A DNA stretch of 64,000 nucleotides from Eledone cirrhosa (Eukaryota). Below are positions 40,185 to 55,840 of this stretch, in pieces (position 1 is the first letter of the stretch; every line of letters starts with the position of its first letter). Location of the stretch: NCBI GenBank assembly GCA_964016885.1, contig CAXHJY010000719.1, positions 13,750 through 77,749 of the forward strand. Reading direction: 5' to 3'. The notes under the pieces are model-generated. The model worked only from the letters and a program-made list of their open reading frames with translations. It was not told the DNA's origin and made no database searches. Position numbers and translations under genes: made by a program.

Positions 40185-43100
40185 AGGTTTAGCGTCCGTG
40201 TTCCACGCTTGCATGGGTTTGGACGGGGGTTTTCCTTGATGCGAGCAAGACAACCACACTTGAGGCAAGAGTGGTTGTCTTGCTCGCATAGGACTGTCTG
40301 GCGGGTTTTCTACAGCTGGATGCCCTTCCTAACACCAACCACATTTACAGTGTGGGGCTGGGAGGTTTTTACCGTGTTGCCTACATGGCCACATTACAGC
40401 GTGGTCTGTCTGGCGGGTTTTCTACAGCTGGATGCCCTTCCTAACACCAACCACATTTACAGTGTGGGGCTGGGAGGTTTTTACCGTGTTGCCTACATGG
40501 CCACATTACAGCGTGGTCTGTCTGGCGGGTTTTCTACAGCTGGATGCCCTTCCTAACACCAGCCACATTTACAGTGTGGGGCTGGGAGGTTTTTACCGTG
40601 TTGCCTACACGGCGACATTTACAGCGTGGACTGTGTGTTTTTTTGTCGTGACACCTACATGATCTCATTTGTTTCGGCCTGGATGTTGTGGCACCAACAT
40701 AACTTTACATTAAAAGGGGCGGTGGGGGTGGTGGGACGGGGGTGTGTTTTGATAGAGATGCCTACTGACTCTAGTAGGTTTTTACTTTGTATTTAGGTAA
40801 GGCAGGTTATCTCTATTACTGAGTACCGCCAAAGGTCTCGGTCCAGTGACATTGTCTTGGAGAGGTGTAAGCGTGTGAGGTCGGAATTTATCATGTCGTC
40901 CCAGGTTTTTCAGGGTCTGCCTACTCCGTGGCTACCGTCTATCTTTATTGCCCTGCACTTTGTTATACAGCTGTCGTCTTTCATGCGCATCACGTGACTG
41001 TACCAACGTAGCCTTCTCTCGAGTAAACAACATCTGATCCCTCTTATTTTTAATTTTTTCCTTAGTTCGTTTATGCTTTGCCGTTCACGTATATTACTAT
41101 TGCACATCCAGCGGAGCATGCAAGCTTCATTCCTCTCTAGTCTGCGTATATCCTCTGCACACAATGCCCAGGTCTCACTGCCATGCAACATTGCTGTTCG
41201 TATGCAGGCATCGTATAACCTGCCTTTCATTTTTAGTGAGAACCCTCTAGCGCCTAATAGTGGTATAAGCTCTCTGAACTTTTTCCATCCAGTTCTGACT
41301 CTAGCTACTGTACTTTCAGAGCACCCTCCCCCACTGCTGATTTTGTCACCCAGGTAACGGAAGCTGTCCACTATTTCTATAGAACCCTCTGTGCAATTGA
41401 AAGAGCTAGTATTTTGTGGGCACTTGCTGCTACTTATTGCACCAGAGCACCGGCCACATGTAAAATCTATGTTCTTAGTTAGCTTACCTGTGATCCCACT
41501 ACATCTTTTATGCACCCATACTCTGCATTTGGGACATAAAATGGAGTTTCTAACTACGCCTTTCCTACACACTGAGCATGGCCATTTCCCGAAAGGGACC
41601 GCTGCCTTATTTTCTTTGCTACAAACTAGAACTTTAGTCTTAGCCAGGTTAATTTTAAGGCCTTTTGATTCTAGGCCGTGCTTCCATGTTTGGCATTTCT
41701 TCTCTAGTTCGGTCATTGATTCAGCTATGAGCGTTAGATCATCTGTGTATAGGAGTTCCCATGGGCAGCCGGTCTTGAACTCCTCTGTTATAGCCTGAAG
41801 GGCAATAATAAATAGTAGGGGGCTAAGAACAGAGCCCTGATGGACACCAACTTTTACGCTAAACTCTTCACTATATTCGTTGTTAATTCTAACCTTGTTG
41901 ACTGTTTCTTTATACATGGCTTGTATAGCTCACACAAGCCATTCGTCAACACCTAGTTTTCTAAGAGCCCACCAGATAATGGAACAGGGGACTCTGTCGA
42001 AGGCTAAGTATAGGGGTTTACTTTTAGCTAGGTACTTCTCCTGTAGTTGTCGTACAATGAAAAGAGCGTCTCTGGTACTTTTGCTTGACACAAACCCGAA
42101 CTGCATTTCATCTAGATCAATTCTCTCTCTAATTAGTTGCGCTATTACTTTTTCCGTGACGTTCATGACCTGGTCGATTAATTTAATGCCTCTATAGTTA
42201 CACCTATCTAGGGCATCTCCTTTACCCTTGTAACAGTTAATGATGATGCTGCTATGCCAGTCCTTCGGAACAACCCCATTCTGTATGACTTGGTTTACTA
42301 TCCGGGTGACCATGGTGTGTCCCACCGTTCCAGAGGCTTTCAGCATCTCAGCAACTATTTCCGAAGGCCCAGCTGCCTTATCCGTCTTCATATCTTTGAT
42401 TGCCTTACTTATTATACTACCCTCGACTAACACTGCTGGTCCCTCTATTGGGTCGATGTGGGCGAGACTGTCTTTCTCCCATTTGTCCTCCTCATTTAGA
42501 AGCCTTTCGTAGTGACACTGCCAAGCTACCTTCTTATCGGCGTCAGTGATGGCAAGTATGCCATCATCATTAAGTACACACTTCTCCCCGACAATATCAC
42601 AGAACATGCTTGAGCTTTCTTTCCTCTGCTTCCCTTTTTGCGAAGTACACTTGTCTCCTAGCTTCCCTCCTGGCCACTTGATAGTCTTCTCTACTTCCCC
42701 CATCCCGCCATACTTTCCAAGCCTGCTTTTTGGCCTTAATTGACTCCTCCACCTTACTGTTCCACCACCATGTTACTCTCCTCCTGCCTATAGGCCTGCT
42801 CCAGCCACAGACTTCGTCTGCCGCCGTCAGCAGGTTTGCTTTCAGGAATTCCCACTGTTCCTCTATATTATACGACTCTAATTGCTCTTCCTTACTGTCA
42901 AAAGCATCAAGTAATATGCTTTGAAATTTATTTCTAGCTATGGGGTCCTTTAGCTTTCATATTTTTCTCCTGAGGATAGTCCTCTTCCGCTGTCTAGTAC
43001 GTCTTGTCCTGACTATGAGGTCGCTAATTATCAGTCTATGTTGGGAGGTGCATTCTTCATGGGGGAGGGATTTAGTGTTAACAACAGACACTCTGTCACG

Positions 43101-43447
43101 TCTTCTGGTAAGGATATAATCTACCTGGCTTGTGTGTTCCCCCGATCTATAGGTGATCAAGTGATTGTCTCGTTTTTTGAAGTTAGTGTTACAGATAGTT
43201 AGGTTATTTGCGTCACAGAATTCCAGGATTCTGGAGCCTTCCTCATTTCTAGTACCGAACCCATAGCCTCCATGGATTCCGTCATAGCCGTCACAATGTT
43301 GTCCAACGTGACCATTTAGGTCGCCTGCAATAATTATATAGTCACTGTCGGTTATTTGGGAGGTAGCGAGCATCAGTGTCTCATAGAATCTGTCTTTTAT
43401 AGCGCCAGGCAGTCCGGACTGGGGTGCGTACGCAGATATTACTGTCA
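40148..43447 (-). mobile_element. RTE LINE family A, truncated within APE, triplicated 112-bp 3'UTR unit
   Basis: ISAYAPQ, GDLNGH, RT motifs (YTDD), (GAT)n tail. Confidence 0.95.
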
Positions 43448-43453
43448 TATATA

Positions 43454-43624
<171 letters not shown>

Positions 43625-43628
43625 GTAT

Positions 43629-43958
43629 GGAGGCACATGGCTTAGTGGTTAGAGCATTGGCCTTGCAATCGGAAGGTTGTGAGTTCAATTCTCAGACCGG
43701 GTGATGTGTTGTTTCCTTGTGCAAGACACTTTATTTCACATTGCTCCAGTTTACTCAGCTGTAGAAATGAGATGATAGGGACTGGGGTCCCTATCATTCC
43801 ACTGCAAAGTGGTCGTGGAGGTGCCACGCAAAAAAAGCACCCAGCACTCACTGTAAATGAGGTTGGTGTTAGGAAGGGCATCCAGCTGTAGAAATCAAGC
43901 CAGAATCAGATCCCGTCCCACCCTTGCAAGCAGGGAAAAAGCGGACGTAAAATGAAAT
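43629..43958 (+). mobile_element. CORE-like SINE copy
   Basis: Matches 16908-17249. Confidence 0.92.
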
Positions 43959-44148
43959 AATTGTTTCTACTTTTGGCACAAGGCCAGAAATTATCCCAGT
44001 GTATTACTGGTACTTTATTTTATCGACCCCGTAGGGATGAAAGGCAAAGTTAACCTCGGCGGGATTTGAATTCAGACCATAAAGGGCCGTAACTCTTTGC
44101 TGCAAAGCACGGCGTCTGACCCTCTACCGATACTGCCAATACACCGCC
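43959..44148 (-). mobile_element. SINE family 2 copy
   Basis: Reverse complement of 38307-38490. Confidence 0.8.
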
Positions 44149-44176
44149 CTTTGTAAAATGGAATAATGATGATGAA

Positions 44177-44248
<72 letters not shown>

Positions 44249-44267
44249 TGTACATATATATATATAC

Positions 44268-44750
44268 ATCCAGCCACTCATCCATACAAATTTTTCGAAG
44301 GTATCTAGCTCTTATGATGCTATTATTATTATTAATATTATTGTTGCTGTATTATATCGGCTATTTACCACGCGGTATTCTATTCTATCGGTTGGTTAGT
44401 TTGTTAGCCTTGACGGCGACCCCCCCATCTCTATCTCTCTCTATGATGGCTACCCTATCTCTATCTATCTCTAAGCCACCCATTACCTCCCGTTCCCCTT
44501 TCGCCCATTCCACCTCACTCATCTTGAAGCTATTGAAGAGATAAGACACTCTATCCTATCGGCTAAAATGAATCACTAGAGTTGATGTGGATTCGTTCCA
44601 GCCACCCATCCATACAAATTTTTCGAAGGTATCTTAGCTCTTATGATGCTATTATTATTATTAATATTATGGTGCTGTATTATTTCGACTATTTGCCACG
44701 CGTTATTCTATTCTATCGGTTAGTTAGTCTGTTAGCCTTGACGGCGACCC
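44268..44750 (+). repeat. Direct duplication of ~150 bp
   Basis: 44268-44422 matches 44597-44750. Confidence 0.85.
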
Positions 44751-44899
44751 TCAGTGCCTACCTCACAATTTCCCTCCCACCCACCCCCTCACACCACCAT
44801 AGCCTATTCGACCAAACCTCAGCATGCCATTTCTTCTGCTGCTACTACTACTACTACTACTACTACCTAACTAACTCTCTCCTCCCTGTCCCAGCCCAA

Positions 44900-47800
44900 C
44901 ACACCCTGCCATTATCCCACCACCACTGTTCTTCTAGCCCTCAATTCTCCCACCGTTATGGATGGATGAGCTGAGAATAAATTTGAGCAACTCTGAATCA
45001 ATAGATGAAATATGAATCTGCGAGCTACCATGCACCCATGTGAAGCGCCAACCCAGAGACCCTTCGCTACGAGTGTCGACAAATGCCCAAAACTCCGAGT
45101 TGGTACCATCAATGTAGGCTCAATGAAAGGAAGAGCAGGAGAAATCGTAGAAATGCTAGAGCGAAAGGAAATTGATGTATGCTGTGTGCAAGAGACTAGA
45201 TGGAGAGGAGAGTCTGCCAGAGTCCTTGTAGGAAAAAGTCGGTGCTACAAATTTTTCTGGGTGGGAAATGATGATGGGATGGGTGGTGTAGGTATACGAC
45301 TAGCTGACAAGTGGGTAGATAAAGTAATCTCAGTGTACAGGGTAAATGCAAGAATCATTAAACTCAGACTAGTCCTGAATAAAACAATTACCACAATAAT
45401 ATCAGCTTACGCACCCCAATCGGGGCTGCCAGACGAACTTAAGGATAGGTTTTAAGAGTCCCTAATGCACACTACTGCTCTAACAGACGACAATGACTTC
45501 CTAATCATCGCAGGAGATTTTAACGGACACATAGGTAAACACTGCGACGGCTTCAATAGAGTACATGGAGGCCATGGGGTTGGCACAAGAAATGAGGAAG
45601 GATTCAGACTTCTAGAATTCTGCGTCGCCAATGACATGTCGATATGTAACACAAACTTTAAAAAACCCGACAACCACCTGATCACCTATAGATCAGGGGA
45701 GCACTCCAGTCAGATAGATTTTATCCTCATCAGAGGACGTGACAGATGGACGGTCGTAAACACAAAAGCCTTCCCTAGTGAGGAATGTACATCCCAACAT
45801 AGCTTAGTTGTCAGCGACTCACGGTCAGAACTAGACGAACCTGGAAACAGAGGCCAACCTGGAGAAGAAAGATCTGGAAGCTGAAAGTCCCCTCAACCAG
45901 TAACAGATTTAAAGATATTTTACTCAACGCCTACGACAGTAAAGAAGAACAGATAGAGACATTCAATGTAGAAGAGAACTGGGAGTTCCTAAAAAATAAT
46001 TTACTAGAGGCGACGGATGAGGTCTGTGGCTGGAGTAAGACCTCAAGCAGGAGGAGAGTGACTTGGTGGTGGAACAATAAGGTAGATGAAGCAGTTAAGG
46101 CCAAGAGACAGGCATGGAAAGAATGGAAGAACGGGGGGAGCAGGGTACATTACATAGAGACCAAGAGGGAAGCTAGGCGACAAGTATACTTAGTTAGGAG
46201 GGAAGCAGAGGATAGAAAATTCAAGCATGTTTTGCAACGCGAGGACCAGAAACAGGAGCTATTCAAGATTGCGAGGCAGTGTGTCAGAGATAGTTGTGAT
46301 GTCATTGGAGAGAAGTGTATCCGGAATGATAAAGGTGAGCTTGCCCTCACAAGTGCTGAGAAGAAAGATGCATGGAAGAGTCATTATGATAGATTACTAA
46401 ATGAGGAGAATGCATGGGAAGAAGAGACCCTACCCCAAGTAGACCCTATAGAGGGGCCAGCAGTACAAGTCAGCAGCAACGTAGTAAGTAAGGCAATCAA
46501 ATATATAGAGATGTGGAAGGCAACCGGTCCATCGGGTATAGCTGCCAAGATGCTGAAGGCATCTGGGTCTGTAGGTCACACTATAACCACACGTATTGTT
46601 AACCAGGTAATACTAGAAGGTGTCATACCAAAAGATTGGTGCAGTAGCATCATTGTCAACTGCTACAAAGGTAAAGGCGATGCACTAGATAGAGGAAACT
46701 ATAGAGGTATAAAGTTGATGGACCAGGTCATGAAAGTAACAGAAAGAGTTATAGCACAGCTGATTAGGGACCGGGTGAAAATAGACGAGATGCAATTTGG
46801 GTTTGTACTAGGAAGAGGCACCACTGATGCCCTCTTCCTTGTGAGGCAGTTACAGGAAAAGTACCTAGCTAAAAGTAAGCCACTCTACTTGGCATTTGTC
46901 GACCTTGAGAAAGCCTTTGACAGAGTTCCACGTGCTGTAATCTGGTGGGCTCTTAGAAAACTAGGAGTAGATGAATGGCTTGTGAAAGCGGTACAAGCCA
47001 TGTATAGGGGAGCAGTCAGCAAAGTTAGGATTAGCAATGAGGATAGCGAGGAATTTAGTGTACAGGTTGGGGTCCACCAGGGCTCTGTTCTTAGCCCCTC
47101 CATGTTCATCATAGTCCTGCAGGCAATAACGGAGGAGTTTAAGACCGGATGCCCATTGGAACTCCTGTATGCTGATGACCTCGCACTCATAGCTGAATCT
47201 ATGGGAGAACTAGAGAATAAATTCCAAACTTGGAAGCAGGGACTAGAAAGAAAGGGTCTCAAAGTCAACATGACAAAGACTAAGGTCCTTGTAAGTAGAC
47301 GAGAAAACAGAACCCAGATCCCCTCGGGGAAATGGCCTTGCTCAGTATGTAGGAAAGGTGTAGGTAGGAACTCCATTCTCTGCCCCAAATGCAAACAATG
47401 GGTACACAAGAGATGTAGCGGGATCTCAAGAAGCTTAATTAAGAATGTAGGCTTCACATGCAGCAGCTGTGCTCGGACAGCAAGCAGCAAACAACCACAG
47501 GAAACAAGTACCACCAATCTCTGGGAGGGCTCTGTAGATACAGTAGACAGCTTCTGCTACCTAGGTGACCGAATTAGCAACGGAGGTGGGTGTTCAGAAA
47601 GTACAATAACTAGGGTAAGAATGGGATGGAAGAAGTTTAGGGAACTACTACCACTGCTAGCTGCAAAAGGCTTCTCCCTCAGAATGAAAGGCAGACTGTA
47701 TGATGCGTGTATCCGAACAGCAATGTTGCATGGTAGTGAGACCTGGGTCCTGAAGGTGGAAGACTTACGTAGATTAGAGAGAAACGAAGCCTGCATGCTC

Positions 47801-48432
47801 CGATGGATGTGTAACAGTAATATACGTGAACGACAAAGCATAAACGAATTGAGAGAGAGACTGAGCATAAGAGGAATCAAATGCTGTGTGCAGGAGAGGC
47901 GGTTGCGCTGGTATGGAAATGTGATGCGTATGAAGGATGACAGCTGCATAAAAAGGTGCAGAGCACTAGAAGTCGATGGAAAGCGCGGAGCGGGGAGACC
48001 CAAGATGACCTGGGATGAGGTGATAAAAGCCGACCTTACCCAATTACACCTCTCAAAGGCAATAACACACGACCGTGACCTTTGGCGTCACACAGTAATA
48101 CAGAGTACCCGACCTCCCATGGGTACAAGCTGAAGCATATAGGCAATATGCCCCCACACCCCCCACCGCAAGGTGGTCGTGGAGGTGCCACGGCAAAAAA
48201 GCACCCAGCCGACAGTGTAAAGTGGACGTGTAAGCGCCACGATAAAGCACCCAGCACTCACTGTAAATGAAGTTGGTGTTAGGAAGGGCATCCAGCTGTA
48301 GAAATCAAGCCAAATCAGTTCCTGTATGAGCAAGGCATGGTCAACCGACCAGTTACTGCCCACAACAGGACAATCCGTCTAAACCATGCTAGCGTGGAAG
48401 AACAGACGTAAAATGGTGATGATGATGATGAT
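44900..48432 (+). mobile_element. RTE LINE family B, full-length ORF region 45012-48133 (stop at 45453, frameshift near 45820)
   Basis: APE motifs, 691-aa RT frame, (GAT)n tail. The 5' boundary is uncertain and may extend to ~44750. Confidence 0.95.
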
Positions 48433-48462
48433 ACACATATGTATATATATATATATATATAC

Positions 48463-48579
<117 letters not shown>

Positions 48580-48581
48580 TA

Positions 48582-49227
48582 TTGGTAAACGGAATAGAAA
48601 ATGCTGACAAATTGTTCACAGTTGAAAAATGGTTTAATTAGGAATAAAAGAGTATTAGTGATTGTATGGGTTAGTATTCAGTTGTGGTTTTAAGTTTTTA
48701 AGTTTTTACCGGTTGCGCATTTCTAAATGCTTTTCAAAAATAATTTTGAGATAGAGTGTCCGTGCTGTTTGCTCTGATCTGATTAGTTTTGGGAATTCTA
48801 CCTGTTTTTATGTTAAAAAAGTGGCTCCAGCGTTACTTTGGTGTTGCAAAAATGCTCTATGGTGCAATACAAAAAAATATATGTGCATATATATGTATGT
48901 ATATATGTATATATCTATATATATATATGTAGTGAATATATGTATGTGTGTATATATATATAGTGAATATCATTTCACACCTCTTATTGTTAAGATTTTT
49001 GATGTTCTATTAAGAGAACCGATTTTACTGAAAAAATCGAATAATGTACACCATTTTACCAGGGGGAAAAAAATACTGGTCCACCCACACACACACACAC
49101 ACACACATATATACACAAACACATACACACGCGTACATCAACATACAAAGAGGCTTATACACACACACACACTTCTCCGTATAAGACAAAAGCTGAAAAA
49201 TATCTTTTGACCTTCGAATGACTCTGC

Positions 49228-49274
<47 letters not shown>

Positions 49275-49343
49275 ATCTTAATAGCCATTTGACACACATC
49301 GCTGCTGGCCATTGTCGCAGCATCGAACACCTTACTACTACTA

Positions 49344-49399
<56 letters not shown>

Positions 49400-49872
49400 T
49401 TGTTGTGAAAGAGTCATTTCTCAATCTTGGCGCAAAACCAATTTTTTATCCACATGACCTCTACCGACCAATCAAAATTGTTTTGACCAAGAATTTTTGC
49501 TGGAGCCACTTTTTTAACATAAAAACAGTCTTGGCGCAAAATCAACTTTTTACATTCACATGACCTCTACCGACCAATCAAAATTGTTTTGACCACAAGC
49601 ATTTTTGCAACACAAAAATAACGCTGGAGCCACTTTTTTAACATAAAAACAGGTAGAATTCCCAAAACTAATCAGATCAGAGCAAACAGCACAGACACTC
49701 TATCTCAAAATTATTTTTGAAAAGCATTTAGAAATGCGCAACCGGTAAAAACTTAAAAACTTAAAACCACAACTGAATACTAACCCATACAATCACTAAT
49801 ACTCTTTTATTCCTAATTAAACCATTTTGTAACTGTGAACAATTTGTCAGCATTTTCTATTCCGTTTACCAA
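48582..49872. mobile_element. Non-coding foldback element with ~275-bp terminal inverted repeats, TA-flanked
   Basis: 48582-48856 is the reverse complement of 49598-49872. Confidence 0.85.
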
Positions 49873-50146
49873 TATATAATAACTTGTGTGTTACACCTCT
49901 ATTCTTTTAACTATATATATATATATATATATTTCGTTTCTGAATTTGTTTAGCAAGATTCTTTATCTGAAATCGTGTGTTGAAACCGATATTGTTATAC
50001 TTTGGGAGGGTCATGTTGCCAATAAGAAACACACGCACCAGTTGCTTTCACTTCAATTTATTATATATTTATAAATTTATAAATTTACAAATTTACAAAC
50101 TTCTGGTTGGTTGGTTGGTTCCACAACCAGATAGTTGTTTATATAT

Positions 50147-50191
50147 AGTCATAGTCCTTTCGTCACACACTCTGTGACCTCTTCAGTGACT
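50147..50191 (-). ncRNA. Minimal hammerhead ribozyme (PLE family 1)
   Basis: Same motif as 23752-23796. Confidence 0.72.
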
Positions 50192-50497
50192 GGGGATTCC
50201 TTTCCTTTGTTTCTGTGCCTTTCCTTTCTTCTATCCTACGCCATTTTGTTTCTGTGTGTGGGTTGTGTGCTCAGTTTGCGCATGCGCCACATCCGGGTGT
50301 CTGTGTGTGTTTGTGTTCATTTATCTATTTGTTTATTTATTTATTTATTTATTTATTGTTGGTTGGTTGTTTGTTCTATGTGTGTGTGTGTTTTCATTTT
50401 GTCCTGTGTGTGTTTTCATTTTGTCCTTAATTGTAAGTTGTTTGTTCTATGTGTGTGTGTGTTTTCATTTTGTCCTGTGTGTGTTTTTATTTTGTCC

Positions 50498-51556
50498 TTA
50501 ATTGTAAGTTGTGATGTTGCTGTTCCACTCATATTTTCTATTTAATTTTGGTTTTAATTCTTTTATGCTTACTGCCTCTGTAATTTGCCTAAACATTGCG
50601 TCTTTTCTGTGTGTGGATTCTATTTTTATTTCTATGTTCTCTAGTCTACCCCTGTGTTCTATCTTAGCATGTTGGTAGAGCACAGATGATTCTTTATTAT
50701 CTTGGAGGTCTCGCCAGTGTTCATTTATTCGTTCCCCTATACTACGAGCTGTCTCACCTATGTACACTATATTTTTGTTTCTACATTGTCTTTCTGTACA
50801 TCTTATGCTATACACTACATTTCTAGTTTTACAGTTAATATGGGGGCTTATTTTACAGGTTATACATTTCTTATCTATACATGAGGGTCTTTGGAACAGG
50901 TATGTCTTGCTAATAAGTGTTTTTACGGAGGTACCTGGTCTTTCTACTATCTTAATATTGAGATTATGTTTATTTAGGGCCCTTCTAAATTTGTAGGCTA
51001 GTTCGCCTCTAGGGGTTGTATTGATGAACATTACACTCTGGTATTTATTGCTATCATACCATGAGTTTATTCTATTGGCCTTGTTCCTAGTTCTTTCTAT
51101 TCTATTCCAAAATTTGCTCCTATACAAGGGGCAGGTCCCATTTATGTCATTATTTACCATTTTTTCCCATTTGGTTCTGGCTCCTTTATACACTCTGATT
51201 CTATCTCTCTGATTGTAGCCAGAGAACTGCATACGGTGGATGAAGTGTTGTATGTGGCTCTCTAGTTCTTCGGGGTTGCACATGCGGGACACATTTCTCA
51301 TCACCCGTACCAAATCCGCAATCAGTATGTTGATTTTGGTATGGTCCGAAATGGCCGAGTTTCGGTGGATCAGATGTTTGGAAGTCATGGGTTTGGCATA
51401 ATGAGAATGGAGGATTTGTTTTTGGTTGTTAATGGTATCTAACCAGAGCTCTGTGTCTAGTACAGGTAATCGATGGTTGGGGTGTCTACTTGGGTAGTCT
51501 ATAGTAACTCTAATGCTCTGGTGGATGGAGTTTGCTATTTGCTGGATGCTTTCCAT
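50498..51556 (-). CDS. Penelope-like RT thumb + GIY-YIG endonuclease, 5'-truncated open frame
   Basis: LPVLD, HYAKPM, SGY, CIDKKCITC..CKTRNVVYSIRC..YIGETARSIGERINEH..RQITEA..LN. Confidence 0.9.
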   Translation of the reverse strand: MESIQQIANSIHQSIRVTIDYPSRHPNHRLPVLDTELWLDTINNQKQILHSHYAKPMTSKHLIHRNSAISDHTKINILIADLVRVMRNVSRMCNPEELESHIQHFIHRMQFSGYNQRDRIRVYKGARTKWEKMVNNDINGTCPLYRSKFWNRIERTRNKANRINSWYDSNKYQSVMFINTTPRGELAYKFRRALNKHNLNIKIVERPGTSVKTLISKTYLFQRPSCIDKKCITCKISPHINCKTRNVVYSIRCTERQCRNKNIVYIGETARSIGERINEHWRDLQDNKESSVLYQHAKIEHRGRLENIEIKIESTHRKDAMFRQITEAVSIKELKPKLNRKYEWNSNITTYN

Positions 51557-52422
51557 TGTGTTTTTCTCTAGTTCTTGACTGTTCTTTAGTTCATCAATAC
51601 AACCCCTAGAGGCGAACTAGCCTACAAATTTAGAAGGGCCCTAAATAAACATAATCTCAATATTAAGATAGTAGAAAGACCAGGTACCTCCGTAAAAACA
51701 CTTATTAGCAAGACATACCCGTTCCAAAGACCCTCATGTATAGATAAGAAATGTATAACCTGTAAAATAAGCCCCCATATTAACTGTAAAACTAGAAATG
51801 TAGTGTATAGCATAAGATGTACAGAAGGACAATGTAGAAACAAAAATATAGTGTACATAGGTGAGACAGCTCGTAGTATAGGGGAACGAATAAATGAACA
51901 CTGGCGAGACCTCCAAGATAATAAAGAATCATCTGTGCTCTACCAACATGCTAAGATAGAACACAGGGGTAGACTAGAGAACATAGAAATAAAAATAGAA
52001 TCCACACACAGAAAAGACGCAATGTTTAGGCAAATTACAGAGGCAGTAAGCATAAAAGAATTAAAACCAAAATTAAATAGAAAATATGAGTGGAACAGCA
52101 ACATCACAACTTACAATTAAGGACAAAATAAAAACACACACAGGACAAAATGAAAACACACACACACATAGAACAAACAACTTACAATTAAGGACAAAAT
52201 GAAAACACACACAGGACAAAATGAAAACACACACACACATAGAACAAACAACCAACCAACAATAAATAAATAAATAAATAAACAAATAGATAAATGAACA
52301 CAAACACACACAGACACCCGGATGTGGCGCATGCGCAAACTGAGCACACAACACACACACAGAAACAAAATGGCGTAGGATAGAAGAAAGGAAAGGCACA
52401 GAAACAAAGGAAAGGAATCCCC

Positions 52423-52467
52423 AGTCACTGAAGAGGTCACAGAGTGTGTGACGAAAGGACTATGACT
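52423..52467 (+). ncRNA. Minimal hammerhead ribozyme (PLE family 1)
   Basis: Same motif as 23752-23796. Confidence 0.72.
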
Positions 52468-52635
52468 ATATATAAACAACTATTTGGTTGTGGAATCAAC
52501 CAACCAACCAGAAATTTATAAGTTTGTAAATTTGTAAATTTATAAATATATAATAAATTGAAGTGAAAGCAACTGGTGCATGTGTTTCTTATTGGCAACA
52601 TGACCCTCCCAAAGTATAACAATATATATATATAC

Positions 52636-52681
<46 letters not shown>

Positions 52682-52699
52682 GTATGTATATATATATAT

Positions 52700-53076
52700 A
52701 TCATCATCATCATCATCATCACCGTTTTACGTCCGTTCTTCCACGCTAGCATGGGTTAGACGGGTTGTCCTGTTGTGTGCAGTGTCTGGTCGGCTGACCA
52801 TGCCTTGCTCATACAGGAACTGATCTGGCTTGATTTCTACAGCTGGATGCCCTTCCTAACACCAACCTCATTTACAGTGAGTGCTGGGTGCTTTTTCGTG
52901 GTGCCTACACGTCCACTTTACAGTGTGGGCTGGGTGTTTTTTTGCCGTGGCACCTCCACGACCACCTTGCGGTGGGGGGAGTGGGGGCATATTGTTTATA
53001 TGCTTCAGCATGTACCCATGGGAGGTCGGGTACCCTGTATTACAGCGTGACGCCAGAAGTCACGGTCGTGTGTCAT
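52700..53076 (-). mobile_element. RTE family B 3' fragment
   Basis: Matches 26294-26668. Confidence 0.92.
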
Positions 53077-53109
53077 ATATACATATGTATATATATATAT
53101 ATACATATG

Positions 53110-53194
<85 letters not shown>

Positions 53195-53196
53195 GT

Positions 53197-53237
<41 letters not shown>

Positions 53238-53268
53238 GTATATATATGTATATATATATATACATATG

Positions 53269-53347
<79 letters not shown>

Positions 53348-53348
53348 G

Positions 53349-53401
<53 letters not shown>

Positions 53402-53450
53402 GTATATATATGTATATATATATATATGTATATATATGTATATATATATG

Positions 53451-53553
<103 letters not shown>

Positions 53554-53557
53554 GTAT

Positions 53558-53680
<123 letters not shown>

Positions 53681-53681
53681 G

Positions 53682-53858
<177 letters not shown>

Positions 53859-54086
53859 GTATATATATATATATATGTATATGTATATATATGTATTATA
53901 TATATGTATGTATATATATATATATGTATATATATATGTATATATATATATGTATATATATATAAGTATATATGTATGTATATATATATATATGTATATA
54001 TATATGTATATATATATATGTATATATATATATGTATATATATATGTATATATATATATGTATGTATATATATATATGTATGTATG

Positions 54087-54117
<31 letters not shown>

Positions 54118-54158
54118 GTATATATATATATGTATGTATATATATATATGTATGTATG

Positions 54159-54189
<31 letters not shown>

Positions 54190-54436
54190 ATATATATATA
54201 TATATGTATGTATATATATATATATATGTAAGTATATATATATATATATGTATGTATATATATATATGTATGTATGTATATATATATATATATATATGTA
54301 TATGTATATATATATGTATATATATATATATATGTATATAAATGTGTATATATATATATATATGTATATATATATGTATATATATGTATGTATATATATA
54401 TATATGTATATGTATATATATATGTATATATATATG

Positions 54437-54469
<33 letters not shown>

Positions 54470-54500
54470 GTATATGTATATATATATGTATATATATATG

Positions 54501-54535
<35 letters not shown>

Positions 54536-54631
54536 GTATATGTATATATATATGTATATATATATATATGTATATAAATATGTATATATATATATATATG
54601 TATATATATATGTATATATATTATATATATG

Positions 54632-54764
<133 letters not shown>

Positions 54765-54787
54765 GTATATATATATATGTATATATG

Positions 54788-54840
<53 letters not shown>

Positions 54841-54856
54841 GTATATATATATATGT

Positions 54857-54891
<35 letters not shown>

Positions 54892-54902
54892 TTATATATA
54901 TG

Positions 54903-54938
<36 letters not shown>

Positions 54939-54948
54939 TATATATATG

Positions 54949-54985
<37 letters not shown>

Positions 54986-55075
54986 TTATATATATGTATA
55001 TATATATATATTTCTATATATGTATATATATATATATTTCTATATATGTATATATATATATATGTATATATATGT

Positions 55076-55109
<34 letters not shown>

Positions 55110-55135
55110 TGTATATATATGTATGTATATATATG

Positions 55136-55169
<34 letters not shown>

Positions 55170-55195
55170 TGTATATATATGTATATATATATATG

Positions 55196-55250
<55 letters not shown>

Positions 55251-55314
55251 GTATATATATATAATATATGTATATATATATGTATATATATATATATGTA
55301 TATTTATATATATG

Positions 55315-55371
<57 letters not shown>

Positions 55372-55426
55372 GTATATGTATATATATGTATATATATATA
55401 TGTATATATATATTTATATATATATG

Positions 55427-55477
<51 letters not shown>

Positions 55478-55493
55478 GTATATATATATGTAT

Positions 55494-55525
<32 letters not shown>

Positions 55526-55572
55526 GTATATATATATGTATATATATGTATATATATATGTATATATATATG

Positions 55573-55607
<35 letters not shown>

Positions 55608-55648
55608 GTATATATATATGTATATATATGTATATATATATGTATATA

Positions 55649-55693
<45 letters not shown>

Positions 55694-55840
55694 GTATATA
55701 ATATGTGTATATATATGTGTATATATATATGTATATATATATGTATATATGTATATATATATGTATATATATATGTATATATATATGTATATATGTATAT
55801 ATATATGTATATATATATGTATATATATATGTATATATAT

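Larger units (their letters stand above)
49932..52624. mobile_element. Penelope-like family 1 element with a ~1-kb inverted duplication
   Basis: 49989-51029 is inverted relative to 51589-52624. Confidence 0.93.

Noticed and set aside
40295-40630. Regular repeats resembling a CRISPR array
   Set aside because: 112-bp tandem units of an RTE 3'UTR with no unique spacers, in eukaryotic DNA
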